A stretch of DNA of 63,247 nucleotides, the filler included, from Choristocarpus tenellus KU-1152 (taxonomy: Eukaryota; Protista; Phaeophyceae): NCBI GenBank assembly GCA_964200185.2. It is 11 parts of 11 records of this genome, joined end to end, with 100 filler letters (N's around TTAATTAATTAA, not from the genome) between each part and the next. Parts side by side here need not be neighbours in the genome. Positions count along the whole stretch, not along the records: positions 47,357 to 53,100 come from CAXNAD020009864.1; positions 53,201 to 59,552 come from CAXNAD020008328.1; positions 59,653 to 63,247 come from CAXNAD020019056.1; 8 more parts are not named here. One strand, given 5' to 3'. The notes beneath the pieces are model-generated. The model worked only from the letters and a program-made list of their open reading frames with translations. It was not told where the DNA came from and ran no database searches. Within the stretch, counting starts at the first letter, position 1; the number at the start of each line of letters is the position of its first letter. The position numbers and the translations under genes were made by a program. This document shows, piece by piece, positions 52,050 to 63,247 of this stretch.

Positions 52050-52960
52050 TTCCAAATAGTATGATATGCGAAAAGCAGGTTTGTCTATTATTATACCGTC
52101 ATTGCCATATGTGACATACCGTTATACCGATTGAGCCTCCTTGTCAAGAATCCATTATTCCAGTGGAGGATCTTCTGTGATAATAAATCCATGGAATCTC
52201 TTCAAGAGACCAGTTCCACAGATATGGGACTCCTCTTCATTCAGAGCTGTCAAACATGAAATATTCACTTCGTTCTAATGTCTTGACCTTTTCTGATGAT
52301 CCTCTCTCACTAGACCCTCAGTCTGTCAGTCTCCACAGTTTTGTACAAGCAGTCTTGCCCTTGTTACCTCGTCCTCTCGGTTACGGTTCGCCTTGGTCTG
52401 TCTGGTCTGTCTTGGTCGGTTATTCTCTTCACCACCCTTGCCTGACTGAACCACACCGCCACAGAATCACATGATTCATACATATCTGCTTTTGAAGCTA
52501 AGATTAATTTTCTAGAGAAGGCACAATTTTCTGGGAAAGCAGTTAGTAGTTCACATTTCCCCCACACACCAAATTTCTCCTATGCCTATTGTTATCCCAC
52601 CAGTCAAAATACTGTTCACATGTTTTCGTCACAAACATGACACTACAGTTACCATTGAGTTGACCATGTACCACATCAAAATATTCACTCCCTGGAACCG
52701 AAACTGTGCTTCAATATGTTCTCGCGCCTTTCCTGGAGTGGCAAAGTGCTGTCGTGGAGCCCATTATCATGACGACCATGAACTTCATCAACAGCGATCG
52801 ACACTGCTACTTACTATACATGGAAAGGCGCAATGAACAGTAGGTCATGCAACTGTCGGAAAGAGGATGGATGGATCTTGCTTGGTCAAAAATGTCAACC
52901 CTTCGAATCATGGTGTTAATACTTCCCCCCTCTACTTGGTGTGGGTCATATATCAGCAGT
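52050..52960 (-). mobile_element. Degenerate piggyBac-like transposase C-terminal relic
   Basis: INTMIRRVDIFDQARS resembles YNxxMGGVDxxDQ. Downstream Cys-containing fragments (HICG, RQTCFSH). Confidence 0.45.
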
Positions 52961-52966
52961 GGATCA

Positions 52967-53100
52967 GAGTCAAAGTATCTTAGAGGGTACAGCCACGTCC
53001 ATTTGGGGGCCAAACTCCGATATTTCGATTTTTATGTAATTTCAGCTATCCTAGTAACCTAAAAGTGTCAATATCCTTGTTCCGGAAACACATTTTCATA
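52967..53100 (-). mobile_element. MITE copy 7, truncated by contig end
   Basis: GAGTCAAAGTATCTTAGAGGGTAC followed by family internal sequence. Confidence 0.87.
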
Positions 53101-53250
53101 NNNNNNNNNNNNNNNNNNNNNNNNNNNNNNNNNNNNNNNNNNNNTTAATTAATTAANNNNNNNNNNNNNNNNNNNNNNNNNNNNNNNNNNNNNNNNNNNN
53201 CCCCCCACTCCCCACTCCAGTTCCATTCAGAAGGGAGAGTAAGAACGAAC

Positions 53251-56200
53251 TTGCCCGTCCCCCGATGCTGCTGCAATCTTGAGACCAAGGTGCCTCGGGG
53301 CAAACATGATGTCCCTGATACCTTTGGAGCTGTGATACAAATGTGCTCTGGGATGCCAGAGGGTGGGCTTCACCCCCAGGTTATCGGCCTTGGGGATGCC
53401 CTCCTTCTCCTCCTGCGGGCAGAGGGGGGCAGAGGTGGGAAGTGGGGGAGGGGGGAGCTGTGGGGCAAGGAATGGATAGAAAAGTGCTTGCTGGCAAGCA
53501 AGGACCAAGGGTAATTTATAAAAACAAACCGAGGGGAGTGACCCTCGAAGAAAACAATCCAATTAGCACTTGCTTTAGCTCACTTGAGGCAGAGCTAACT
53601 GTGTGTGTGTGTGAGTGTGTGTGCCTGTGTGTGTGTACGTGCACGGTTAGTGTAACTTGTTAGGATTAGGGGGTAGAGCTGCATTATCCAGCACTCAAGA
53701 CTATATGCACACTTCATCAACTAGGTAGTCTTCACCACGAAAACCAAATGCACAGGGCATGGCAAACATATCCCCAGCTGTTGAAGGACAGGCATGATAT
53801 CATAGCTCCTCTCTGATCTGCAGCTTGACCTTGCACCCTTAAGAGAGGAACAGTGTCACTAACCCTAACCCTAACCCTAACCCAAAGCTAGTACCATATT
53901 AACAATGCTCCTTCACGCCTCCAGTTACAGAGGTTGAGCTCAGGCCTCCCCCCTACTTGAGAATACTCAATACCCAGTTACAACACAAAGCCCGTGTCAA
54001 GCCAAGGGCCTCCCCCCTTGAGGTACACATTGGGGCATACCAGCCTCTCAAAGACTTTCCTAAAAGTTGGGTGGCCTTGGTCCTCGATTGTGGGAGTCAC
54101 CTCGTCTAAGTTTGAAGTTAACCCAACAGCATTCAAGGACCAATACCGGTTCACTTTGTCTTCCTCTCAAGGACATCTACTGGAGACTGCAATGCCGTTA
54201 TCTAAGGTGCACCTCAAGGCGGACACGTTTCGGATGGCACCTTCTCAAACAAACAAAACCCTAACCCTTGTAGGCGGGTTGGCAACGACCAACGGTATGA
54301 GAACACATATGAGAACACGCACTACAGGGCGCAATTTGGTAGCATGAGAACGGCCCACACACCTGCACGAGCAAACGCACACACAACAGACGCACGATCA
54401 ATCTACCGCTTACTGCTGACTCCACAACATAGCATGCTCACTCGCTCTGCCAATCCTGTCCGATACGATCGCCCTGTCAGCAGGAGAGTCTGATCGCTTC
54501 AACTCCCTTACAGGATCATCCTAGTGGCGATGCAAGAGTTAGAAGGGTGGACTCGTCACACTGCAAACAATGACTCCAAATAGAGAGGGGCTGAGCAGTG
54601 CGCAGAGCGCACACAAACATCCATCGCCAAAGGTACCCCGTGCAAAACAAAGCCAAACATCCCCAAGGGAACCTCACCCGCCCAGATTTCGTGGCACTGG
54701 GTACAAGCAAAAGGCAAGTTGTCCCTACCGGGATGAGGTTCTTGTGACTTACGACTATCGAACTGTACGCTTCACCATCAAAGCCAGCGCTAACTAGCAG
54801 GTGATCGACGTGAACGACCGGGTTCTGGCCTTGAACTCCGACAGCAGCAGCAGAGCACTTGCACGTGGTGGTTCCTCCTCCTCAACTTACAAACATTTTC
54901 AATTTCTTGAGAGCATCGAATCGAAACGGATTGAAATAAAAAATAAAAAAAGAGAAAATATAACACTAGATAGAGATCACACCACACCTATAAAAAAAAA
55001 AAAAAAAAAACTCCTCACCCTCCGGGAGAGGTGATGGGCCATGCCCGAGAGCTGAGCGTGTGCGGAGTCAACTGTTCGTCATCGGTACGCGAGGGATAGA
55101 GGGTCAACTGCAGTGGGGAGACAGTCGATTGCACATGAAGTCTACCCCTGTTGCTTTCTGTTGCTTTTCGTGCGTACCATACCAACCATACCATACCATA
55201 CCATACCCCTCTGTTCTAACACAGGTGACTCGGGACATGTCTCTTGCAACAAAATCATATCAAGGCTCTGCGGCCTTGTTCTCTGAGACATAACGCGGAC
55301 CTTGTGCATCTCACTAGCATCCGTGACAATTTGCATTGAGCGTGACACTACCGACTGTACCGGTGTGCACAAGTATAACACATGAATATAACACTAGAAC
55401 CATCAAGGAATGCTAGTATAACACATGAATATAACACACTAGAACCATCAAGGAATGCTAGTATAACACATGAATATAACACACTAGAACCATCAAGGAA
55501 TGCTAGTATAACACATGAATATAACACACTAGAACCATCAAGGAACGCTAGTATAACACATGGATATAACACACTAGAACCATCAAGGAAAGCTAGTATA
55601 ACACATGAATATAACACACTAGAACCATCAAGGAGTGCTCGTATAACACACAAAACAGGAGATAACGAGGGGATGTGTAAGCATGCCAATGTAAGGTACT
55701 CCTGGATAGAACCAGTCCAGGGCAAAGTCAACAGTCCATGTGGGTACTGTGGGCAGTTGACGTGAGCACAAGCACAGAGGACCAACAGCTGGTTCCCGTG
55801 ACTCGAACGCATGGGGCATGAGATAGCATGAGACAGCATGAGACGGCATGAGACAGCCAGCACACATATAATATATTTATCGAAATAGTAAGTTGCAATT
55901 GCCAATAGGATTACGCTTGTGAAGTTGTGCATTCGAACACAATTTCGGCAAGGTCAATAAGAAAACGTTTCCTTTCTAGTGAGTTCAACAAATCATGGGC
56001 ATTCACCTTTTCGGCACTAAAAAAACACTCGAAAAATACTTGAAAGTGCTTCAAGTATCAGTTAAAAGCAAAGTTTGAACAAGATGTAAAAACATCCCCA
56101 AAAAAATTCTAGCAGTGCTCCAGCTGAGCATAGTGTTTACCAGAGCAAAGAGTCATTGCCAACAGAATCTGAAGGAGACCTTTAAAAGTGCTGAACACTT

Positions 56201-57196
56201 ATCAACTCCTTCTGAATGTCACAGGCACTCAAAAGCAACAAGCAGAGTTTACGATAACGATCACCTGTCTTGTTTAGGATTTGAATATCTTGTAGCGAGA
56301 AAAAACGATTTCAATGTAGAAGAAACTTCAGCCATGCAGTTCTGACAGCAGGAATACTAATTCTTCCCTTCATGCGAATATTATCTCACCCAAATCTTGA
56401 CCGAACGGTCCGCCGAGCATGTGGCGATGATCTGCCCAAACTCTGGATGTGCCCACGCCAGTCTCCAGATCATGCCCTGGGTATGTTAATAACCATGAGG
56501 GGAGAGTGGAGAGAGAAAAAAAAATGTACATCGAAGCTTCATCATCGGTAGTATCCGTCTTTGCAAAAAGCGATCGATGAGTAGATCAATTTGATCATTT
56601 GCGTTCAGGTCGCAAACGCTGATGTTGAAAAATATCTTGCAGTATGAGAGGCCAAGTTATTTCCAGGCCATGAGAAGCGAAGTAACGAGTAGATTCCTAC
56701 TCTGTCCAGGCTTACATTTCAACATTTTAAGGCTCCTACTCAACGCAACGAAATTGCACCCAGACTACAACCAATGATTCTACATTCTGGTGTGGTGGCG
56801 ACAATGTGTCGCACCTCTCCACCAAGGTACTCTAAAACGTCCAATACATTTCTTTATAATGCAAGAACCACACCCGTTACGGAGAGGAATTAATACTGCC
56901 TTCTGAATGGCTGGGTATCAATCAGATTTCGTTCCCTCCCTCTCGTCGCGCTCAGCAGGGGAAACGCCCTTGTGATGAGATTCGGAAATGTACTCTCTAC
57001 GCACCTGGTGCGCGCTTGGCCACTCGCCCCCTTCTCTGACTACCCAATCCCCCTTTTCGTCAAGGTCTCTAACTCGCACCGACTGATCTGCGGAACAAGT
57101 AGCGAGTCGCTTTCCGTAGTAGTCATATCGCACATCCAGCACGAAGTCAGCGTGCATCGAGGATGTTCTCGTATTTTGCATTGCGGAGGTCATCAT
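53251..57196 (-). CDS. SEH1: Nucleoporin SEH1 (WD40, Sec13-like), first three exons, 3'-truncated
   Basis: Exons 57005-57196 (HADFVLDVRYDYYGKRLATCSADQSVRV), 56390-56476 (IWRLAWAHPEFGQIIATCSADRSVKIW) and ~53251-53412 (EE...DIMFAPRHLGLKIAAASGDG). AHPEFGQ, WEE and PRHLGL favour SEH1 over SEC13. Confidence 0.9.
55374..55651. repeat. 45-bp minisatellite, ~6 copies, in SEH1 intron 2
   Basis: Unit TATAACACATGAATATAACACACTAGAACCATCAAGGAATGCTAG. Confidence 0.95.
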
Positions 57197-57871
57197 GGTG
57201 CAAAGTTTACAACAACATAAACTACCCTGTCTGTGTTATTGGATTTGGAGCAAGGGGTGCAGGTATTACAAGTTGTACCCAGTTCAACGTAGATCATTTA
57301 TTCACATCTTGTGAACAACCAACCCACAACCCCTACTCCAACATAATATGGGTTTTTTTTCATTGGATGGCATACTTTGTTATCTGTGATGCATTAATTA
57401 CACCTTATTCCTTGCTTTGATCTTTCGGTTGAGGGTCTACTTCATCTCACTACTGCGCACTACACCAATCTCTCTCAGGACTCCTTGGATCCAACTCGAT
57501 AGGAGGTAAGGTCTTTCAAGTAAAAACACTTCACTGGAAGTTCTGGAAGTATGCCCCATAGCCTTGATGGGTGAGGTAGGCTACTCTCTGATCCGTGGGT
57601 CGTCCTTTTGAGGAGGAATGGCCCCTTCCCTGCATGTAATTGACTATTTTTCTATTGTGAGTTACTTGTTAGTGGAGGCTACGCCGTTATGTGCCAGATA
57701 TCAATCATAGGCTATGTAATGTAAGATGTAGCATGTGTTATTTGGCGGGCTCGACCTTGTGCTTTTTCAAACTCGATCTACTTCAACCTCGGACTCACCG
57801 AAGCAAACATCATTTGGACGGGCAGGGAACAGGTGAAGAAAGAAGGAACAATTGGAGAGAAAGCTGTAGCA

Positions 57872-59244
57872 ATGTTTCGTGCAGGTCAGCGTACACTAGG
57901 CGCGCACTTGGGTCGATCATTGCAAACTGGGGAGAAGGCCCTTACATTGCCACGTTCCCCAACCACGTGGGGCGGGCTTTCTTGGGGCGCAGAGGTCTCA
58001 TGCCGGTGTCTCAGCGGCAACCCGGCATCAGAGGGTAAGCATCAGGAGTGGAAACCATGTTTGTCTTTGGTGCGATTCCTGTTATTTCTGGACTCTTTCG
58101 ACGTGGGACGTTGGAAATGGGCATGGGGTTTCATCTTGCTTGGCACCACCTCCCCATTTTCTTGTGTTCATTTGTACCTTTTCTTTCATCTCCAGCTCTT
58201 GAGTACGCTATTACCGCTACTGCATTGACTAGGTCACGCACACAAATCTACTTCACTGAAAAGTTGATATAGCTGTTCGATCTTGGTTCTCTTCCACCGT
58301 TCTTAACCGTGCTGCTTCCAAGGGGGCTGGAAATATGGGAGATGAATGCATGTGGAGCGTTAGATCTTTCCATCCGTAAGGAGATGCAATGTAGCGTACT
58401 CTTATTTTTTTTATGTGTGACTTCCCCTACCAGACAATGGGACTCTGATTCCAGGGGAGGTGTTTCTATACTATTTCATGTTTTATCCTCCACTCACTCT
58501 TTGGGGAGATAGAGGGAACTATCAATGTACAGTAGTGAGTAGAAAGTTTGATTTTGCATATTTTGGGACTAGGGCTTACTGAAGGGAGAAGGACTATTGG
58601 ATGTTTGATCAAACGAAAATTCAAAACCTGGTCTTGTTTTTCAAGGGTGAGCAATGTAAATCAACGCTATGACACAAACCACTTTCAGGTGATTAAAAAC
58701 TGTCCTCTGGGGGAGATTTTGGGGAGGGGGAGTGACCACTGGAAATACCCCCTTTCAAAGTCTACCTTCTTCCCTACCAAGGCCTAACAGTGGCCAAAAC
58801 CTATCTGTTGATCCACCAAGTGTATCACCAATGCTCTTTTGGCACGGATGTACTTAGGTTGCCTCACACAAGGGAGAAGGAACTACTCCCAAGCTCTAGA
58901 GGCTGTACAAAATTGATCCTTCCTCACCAGACCCCAACCTTAACCCTCTCCCTTGTAGTATATGTCAATCTCTTTGTTCAACACTTAATACACTTTCAAC
59001 AACAGTTCTCTTGGACCTGTTTGTCTTTATCAACCAAGTATCGGTGCAAACATGTCTAATTGTGCCAACCCTTTGGTACCCAACTGGCTCAGCTACAGAT
59101 GTGCGAACAGCTCAACATGCATGGGAGAAGTCGTGCTACTTCAACATTGACTACAAGGTGGATGAGAATGTATCTGTGTATGAAGCAGTGCAGCGGATGG
59201 CAGCGTATAATGTGGGGTGTCTCATTGTCACCGCCAATGACAAG
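57872..59244 (+). CDS. CBS-domain protein (CBSX3-like, probably mitochondrial), first two exons, 3'-truncated
   Basis: Exon 57872-58034 (Arg-rich presequence MFRAGQRTLGAHLGRS...) and exon 59093-59244 (AWEKSCYFNIDYKVDENVSVYEAVQRMAAYNVGCLIVT); phases match. Confidence 0.82.
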
Positions 59245-59656
59245 GTAAGCGAAGTCTTGGCAAACCAAGCGAGGTGTTGGCAAACCTCCTCTTCCCTTCG
59301 CGTGAAAAAAGATCCCCAGCACAGTGTTGGGAAACCTCCTTCCTAGTTCAACGTCAATTTTAGGTGCCTTTGCCACCGGTAGTACAGGATGACCCAAGGT
59401 CACATACGTGAATATACAAAAATCGAAACCTGACCTCTCGTTGGCTTTGGTTTTGAGATCTTGACCCAGGAGCTCCTAATTCAATTGATTCTGTCCATTT
59501 CCCCTTTCCCCCCCCCCCCCGGCCCTAGTTTTCTTTTTGTTACCCGGGTCGTNNNNNNNNNNNNNNNNNNNNNNNNNNNNNNNNNNNNNNNNNNNNTTAA
59601 TTAATTAANNNNNNNNNNNNNNNNNNNNNNNNNNNNNNNNNNNNNNNNNNNNGCAG

Positions 59657-60411
59657 GATCTGGTGAAGGAGGATTTACTACGTGAGGATGCAGAGGGGGA
59701 GGAAGGAGGGGGTGGGGGAATGGTCGGCGGTGTACCTGGGAACATGTTGACCAGTGGTGGTCATGGTGCCAGTGGACAGAAGGGTGTCGGTCTTGGAGAG
59801 GCTTGGGACTATGACCCCGCCAGTGTGGTGAAGGAGGCAGGCCAACATGTTGGGTTGAAGAATCAGGTGAGGAATAGTAACGCTATAAACAAGAAAGGTG
59901 TGGTGATGCATGAGGGGGGAGGGGACAAGAAAAAGCGACCTTTTTAGTCTTGTTTGTGTCTGCGCTTGTGTTACTAGTAAGTAGACTTGTTCTCTGGCAT
60001 CAATTCTTCTTGTTCTGTACATTATTATTATTTTTAGTATTACTATTTTTATTTTAGGGAGATGCGTCGCTTGATATTGTTTTTGACTTTTGACAGGCAA
60101 GTGTGCCTGCCTCCCCTCCTCTGAGTTGTATGTCACCACCAACATGGACACCATTTCCTATCCCTGTGACCCTAAGTCACTCTTTCCGCGTATGCCTACT
60201 CTCTGCTGTCTACTGTCTGCCACCTTCATCCAGGGTGCCACATGCTACATGAATTCTCTTCTGCAGCAGCTGTATCATGTGCCTTCCTTTTCAGAGCCCC
60301 TCCTGGGCCTGTCTCCGCAGACTGGAGGGTTTATAGAGAATGGAATAGAGAGCCTATCGGCAGAGGACCAAGTCCTATTCCAACTGCAGGTGTGTTTGAT
60401 TGATTCCTATG

Positions 60412-60442
<31 letters not shown>

Positions 60443-63002
60443 GATAGCAGGTTTAGCACCTTGAGCATAATTGGTGATAGAAACAAGTACTTCTTCTGGA
60501 CAGTTGAACCTGTTGTGTGGAACAAGTCACCTACCTCCGTACCTACCTCAACATGTGCACATGGCCCAAAATGGCAGTTACAGCATTTTCGGGATATGCC
60601 TCAACCCTCAGTTTTCATGCCAACTATTAATAGTAGGAATTATGCTCCCAAAGTTTGACTTTGTAGTTCCTAAAGTGAACGGTGAATACTTCCGAAACAG
60701 AGGTAGTATTGATGTATTACCACAGTACTGATGTATTACCACAGTATTGATGTAGTACCACCCCCTTTTCCACCCGCTGCCAGCCCCACACCACCTGTTC
60801 TCTTTTCAATTTTTTACTATCTGTTTTGAGAGTGAGGGAGAGTTGGCAACAGTTGAATACGGTGATGTGTGCTGGGTTTGCTCTGTATCAAGCCCCCTTG
60901 ATCGCAATTGACCTCCTGATGAGTGTATAGAGCTCTTAGTTTGTTGGGTAGAGGTGCAGGGAGGGGGTCATATGGAACTGTATAGCCTTACGAGCATTTG
61001 GAGTGCAAGCCTCTGCCTATTGACAATGTATGCTATTCATTATTAGTAGAGGTAGAAGCACAATTGTTGTAAGTGACATTTTAAGGGTGATTTGGAAAGT
61101 ATTTTTTTTGTTTGTGTAATACTGTGGTGTGCAATGCTGTGTAGAATCATCAACAGGAAAGGTGAAAAAATATATTGTGGGAGAAAAACATGTTGCCATA
61201 TTGCATTACTTCAATGTCGTCTACAGTTACAAGTTCTTACTTTAATGGTCATATGTAATGTTTCTCATATACCGCTCTAAAACTGTTGTGCCCCCTACCC
61301 CCTCGATGTTGGCATGGACCCCACCTCACCGTTGCTGTCCCTACTTGATCTCGACCTCCTTGCCTTTGTTGCTATCATCTGTGCCTGTAACCATACTTAC
61401 ACCTCTTTCCTCCTTCATCCCCCCACTCTTTTCATTCTTGGTGCTCTCAGGTGTTGTTTGCCTCTCTAAGAGTATCCCAGCGCCAGTACTATGACACGTT
61501 GCCATTCTGCTCAGTGTTCAAGGTGTGTGAATTGTGTGGATGTATCACCTCACCTTGCCCACTCTACAGTCAGTTACTTTCCTGACGCGGCCAAGCCTTC
61601 CTAGACTCTTACCTCTGGGATCTTTCCTATCAATCTGGTGCTTGTTGGTAGATGAAGACAAGTGGATATATTGGCGCATGTATTCAAAGATTTTTTTGCA
61701 ACTTTTTTTTTTAGTTGTAGTTGGCAAGGGGCAGTAACGGGTATCACTGATGTGTAAGGTTTGACTTGGCTGATACTTTTCATGCTATCAAATGTTTATG
61801 GTGGCAAAACATGTAGTCAGCAAGTTCACAGAATGTTCGGGTGCAACCATGTGTGTGTGTGTGTGTGTTGAGGTGAGTTACATGGACTATGTTGAGTGCA
61901 GTTGTTAGAGAGAGTTGCTGTTGGAGTCATAGCAAGCAGTTTGAATTGATACACGTTTGATTTGTTCACCTACTTGGCAGGATTATGATGGACAACCCAC
62001 CCGCCTGGCGGAGCAGAAGGACGTAAACGAGTTCTGCACACAGCTGTTTGGCAAGCTTGAAGGGAGCAGCGCTGGTGCAGGCGAAGTAATAAATAAGGTC
62101 TTTGGCGGCTCCCTAGTCTACCAGATTATCTCCAGGTAGATTGCTGTGTTGTGGGTTCTATTGTTGAAGATCAGGATAGGTTCATTTTTCGAAGTTTAGA
62201 GGGGTTACGGATTATGTCGCATCAGCTAATTTGTTGTACCTTGGTGTTGTTGATTTATTTTGCTCCATGTATGCAGTCCTTGGGTGGGTTTTAGTGGTTT
62301 GTGTTTACTTTGTGGAAGTAATAGGACTCCTGCTATGGCTGCAACAAGCTGTGCAGGAAATCTACTGGTCTACTCGTTGCACTTTGTGGCCCATGTGAAC
62401 CCTTGGTACCTACAAAGGATGTGTTTCGATCTCAAAGGTCTAACCCTAACCCTAACCTAACCTTGTGTGTGCCATCGATACATGTGAAGACATTGCCAAA
62501 AATTTAGACAACAGTATCACTGCATCCTGCTCCTCTTTCCTCCAAGTTCTCAAGCTGTAGGGCCCATCCACATGAGATAGTCTATATTCTTTTTGTTAAG
62601 TTTCACCCGTTTATATTGTCTGCTCACCTCCAACTGCAAGCAGGGACTGTGAGCACACGTCAGAGAGGACTGAGCCTTTCCTGGTCCTCACAGCGGAGGT
62701 CCAGGTGAGGCGTGCGCACAAGCATACAGGATGAGAACACAAATGTAGTCAGCACTTCACAATTCATTCAATTGAATATTTTATATTAGGATATGTACAG
62801 AGATAACTATTTAGTACTAGGATATGCAAATATCTGCTGTTCTTGCCCTTGAGTAATTTGCACAAGCGGCAACATCGCAGTGTATAATCCCACACAACTT
62901 TCTCCATTTAAAGAAGATTAATCCATCCCGACCTTTGTCTTGCAGAACAAGGAAAGCCTTGAGGAAAGCCTGCAGCTCTATGTGGCGGGGGAGATGCTCA
63001 CG
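59657..63002 (+). CDS. Ubiquitin carboxyl-terminal hydrolase (USP9/24/34-like peptidase C19), internal exons
   Basis: Exons ~59657-59866, 60234-60389, 61451-61522, 61981-62135, 62644-62704 and 62946-63002 give the Cys box VGLKNQ|GATCYMNSLLQQLY, EQKDVNEF, FGGSLVYQIISRDCEHTSERTEPF and SLEESLQLYVAGEML. Confidence 0.92.
60704..60761. repeat. 19-bp tandem repeat x3 (AGTAYTGATGTATTACCAC)
   Basis: Directly visible in a USP intron. Confidence 0.85.
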
Positions 63003-63247
63003 GTGAGACACAGCTGCAACTCTTCAAAGGGTGCCTGGTAGTGGCGGAAGGGGCAGATTACACCAAAAATGTCCCGTGCAGTCTTTCACCATTACCTTGC
63101 AGATTTTTCGTACCTACACTCTGGCGAAAAAGACTTCGAAGTACATACACTGTGGGTCACCAGTTCAGCCCCTTTCCCCCAACCCCCCCCCCTTGCCTCC
63201 CAAGTTCTGGGTGGTGTTGTTTTGTTGGATAGGGATGGGCAAAGGCT

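Noticed and set aside
55374-55651. Possible CRISPR array, or repeat-protein ORFs (127 aa and 194 aa)
   Set aside because: Units are head-to-tail with no unique spacers and the context is a eukaryotic intron. The ORFs arise because 45 is a multiple of 3.

Overview
Eukaryotic, intron-rich nuclear DNA with GT-AG introns. It is most likely from a photosynthetic stramenopile such as a brown alga; this is an inference from the PTOX-like gene, intron density, TE types and CCCTAA/TTAGGG tracts. The window is not one contiguous locus: it is 11 pieces joined by ten identical 100-nt artificial linkers (N44-TTAATTAATTAA-N44). Host genes: a complete 13-exon mitochondrial HSP60; partial mitochondrial ribosomal protein uL3; a PhyH-like 2OG-Fe(II) dioxygenase; a stop-riddled PTOX; partial SEH1 head-to-head with a CBS-domain protein; a partial USP9/24/34-like deubiquitinase; and a second, possibly USP-related fragment. 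Most of the rest is decayed transposons (Gypsy/chromovirus, solo LTRs, mariner, CRE-like LINEs, piggyBac, Kolobok/Mutator-like). The most notable feature is a candidate DNA-transposon system. It consists of a spliced (intron-containing) Sola2-like transposase gene, seven copies of a ~257-bp MITE with GAG...CTC TIRs and 4-bp TSDs, and several related G-tract TIR ends. One MITE sits inside the transposase ORF and another inside a solo LTR that itself interrupts a mariner.
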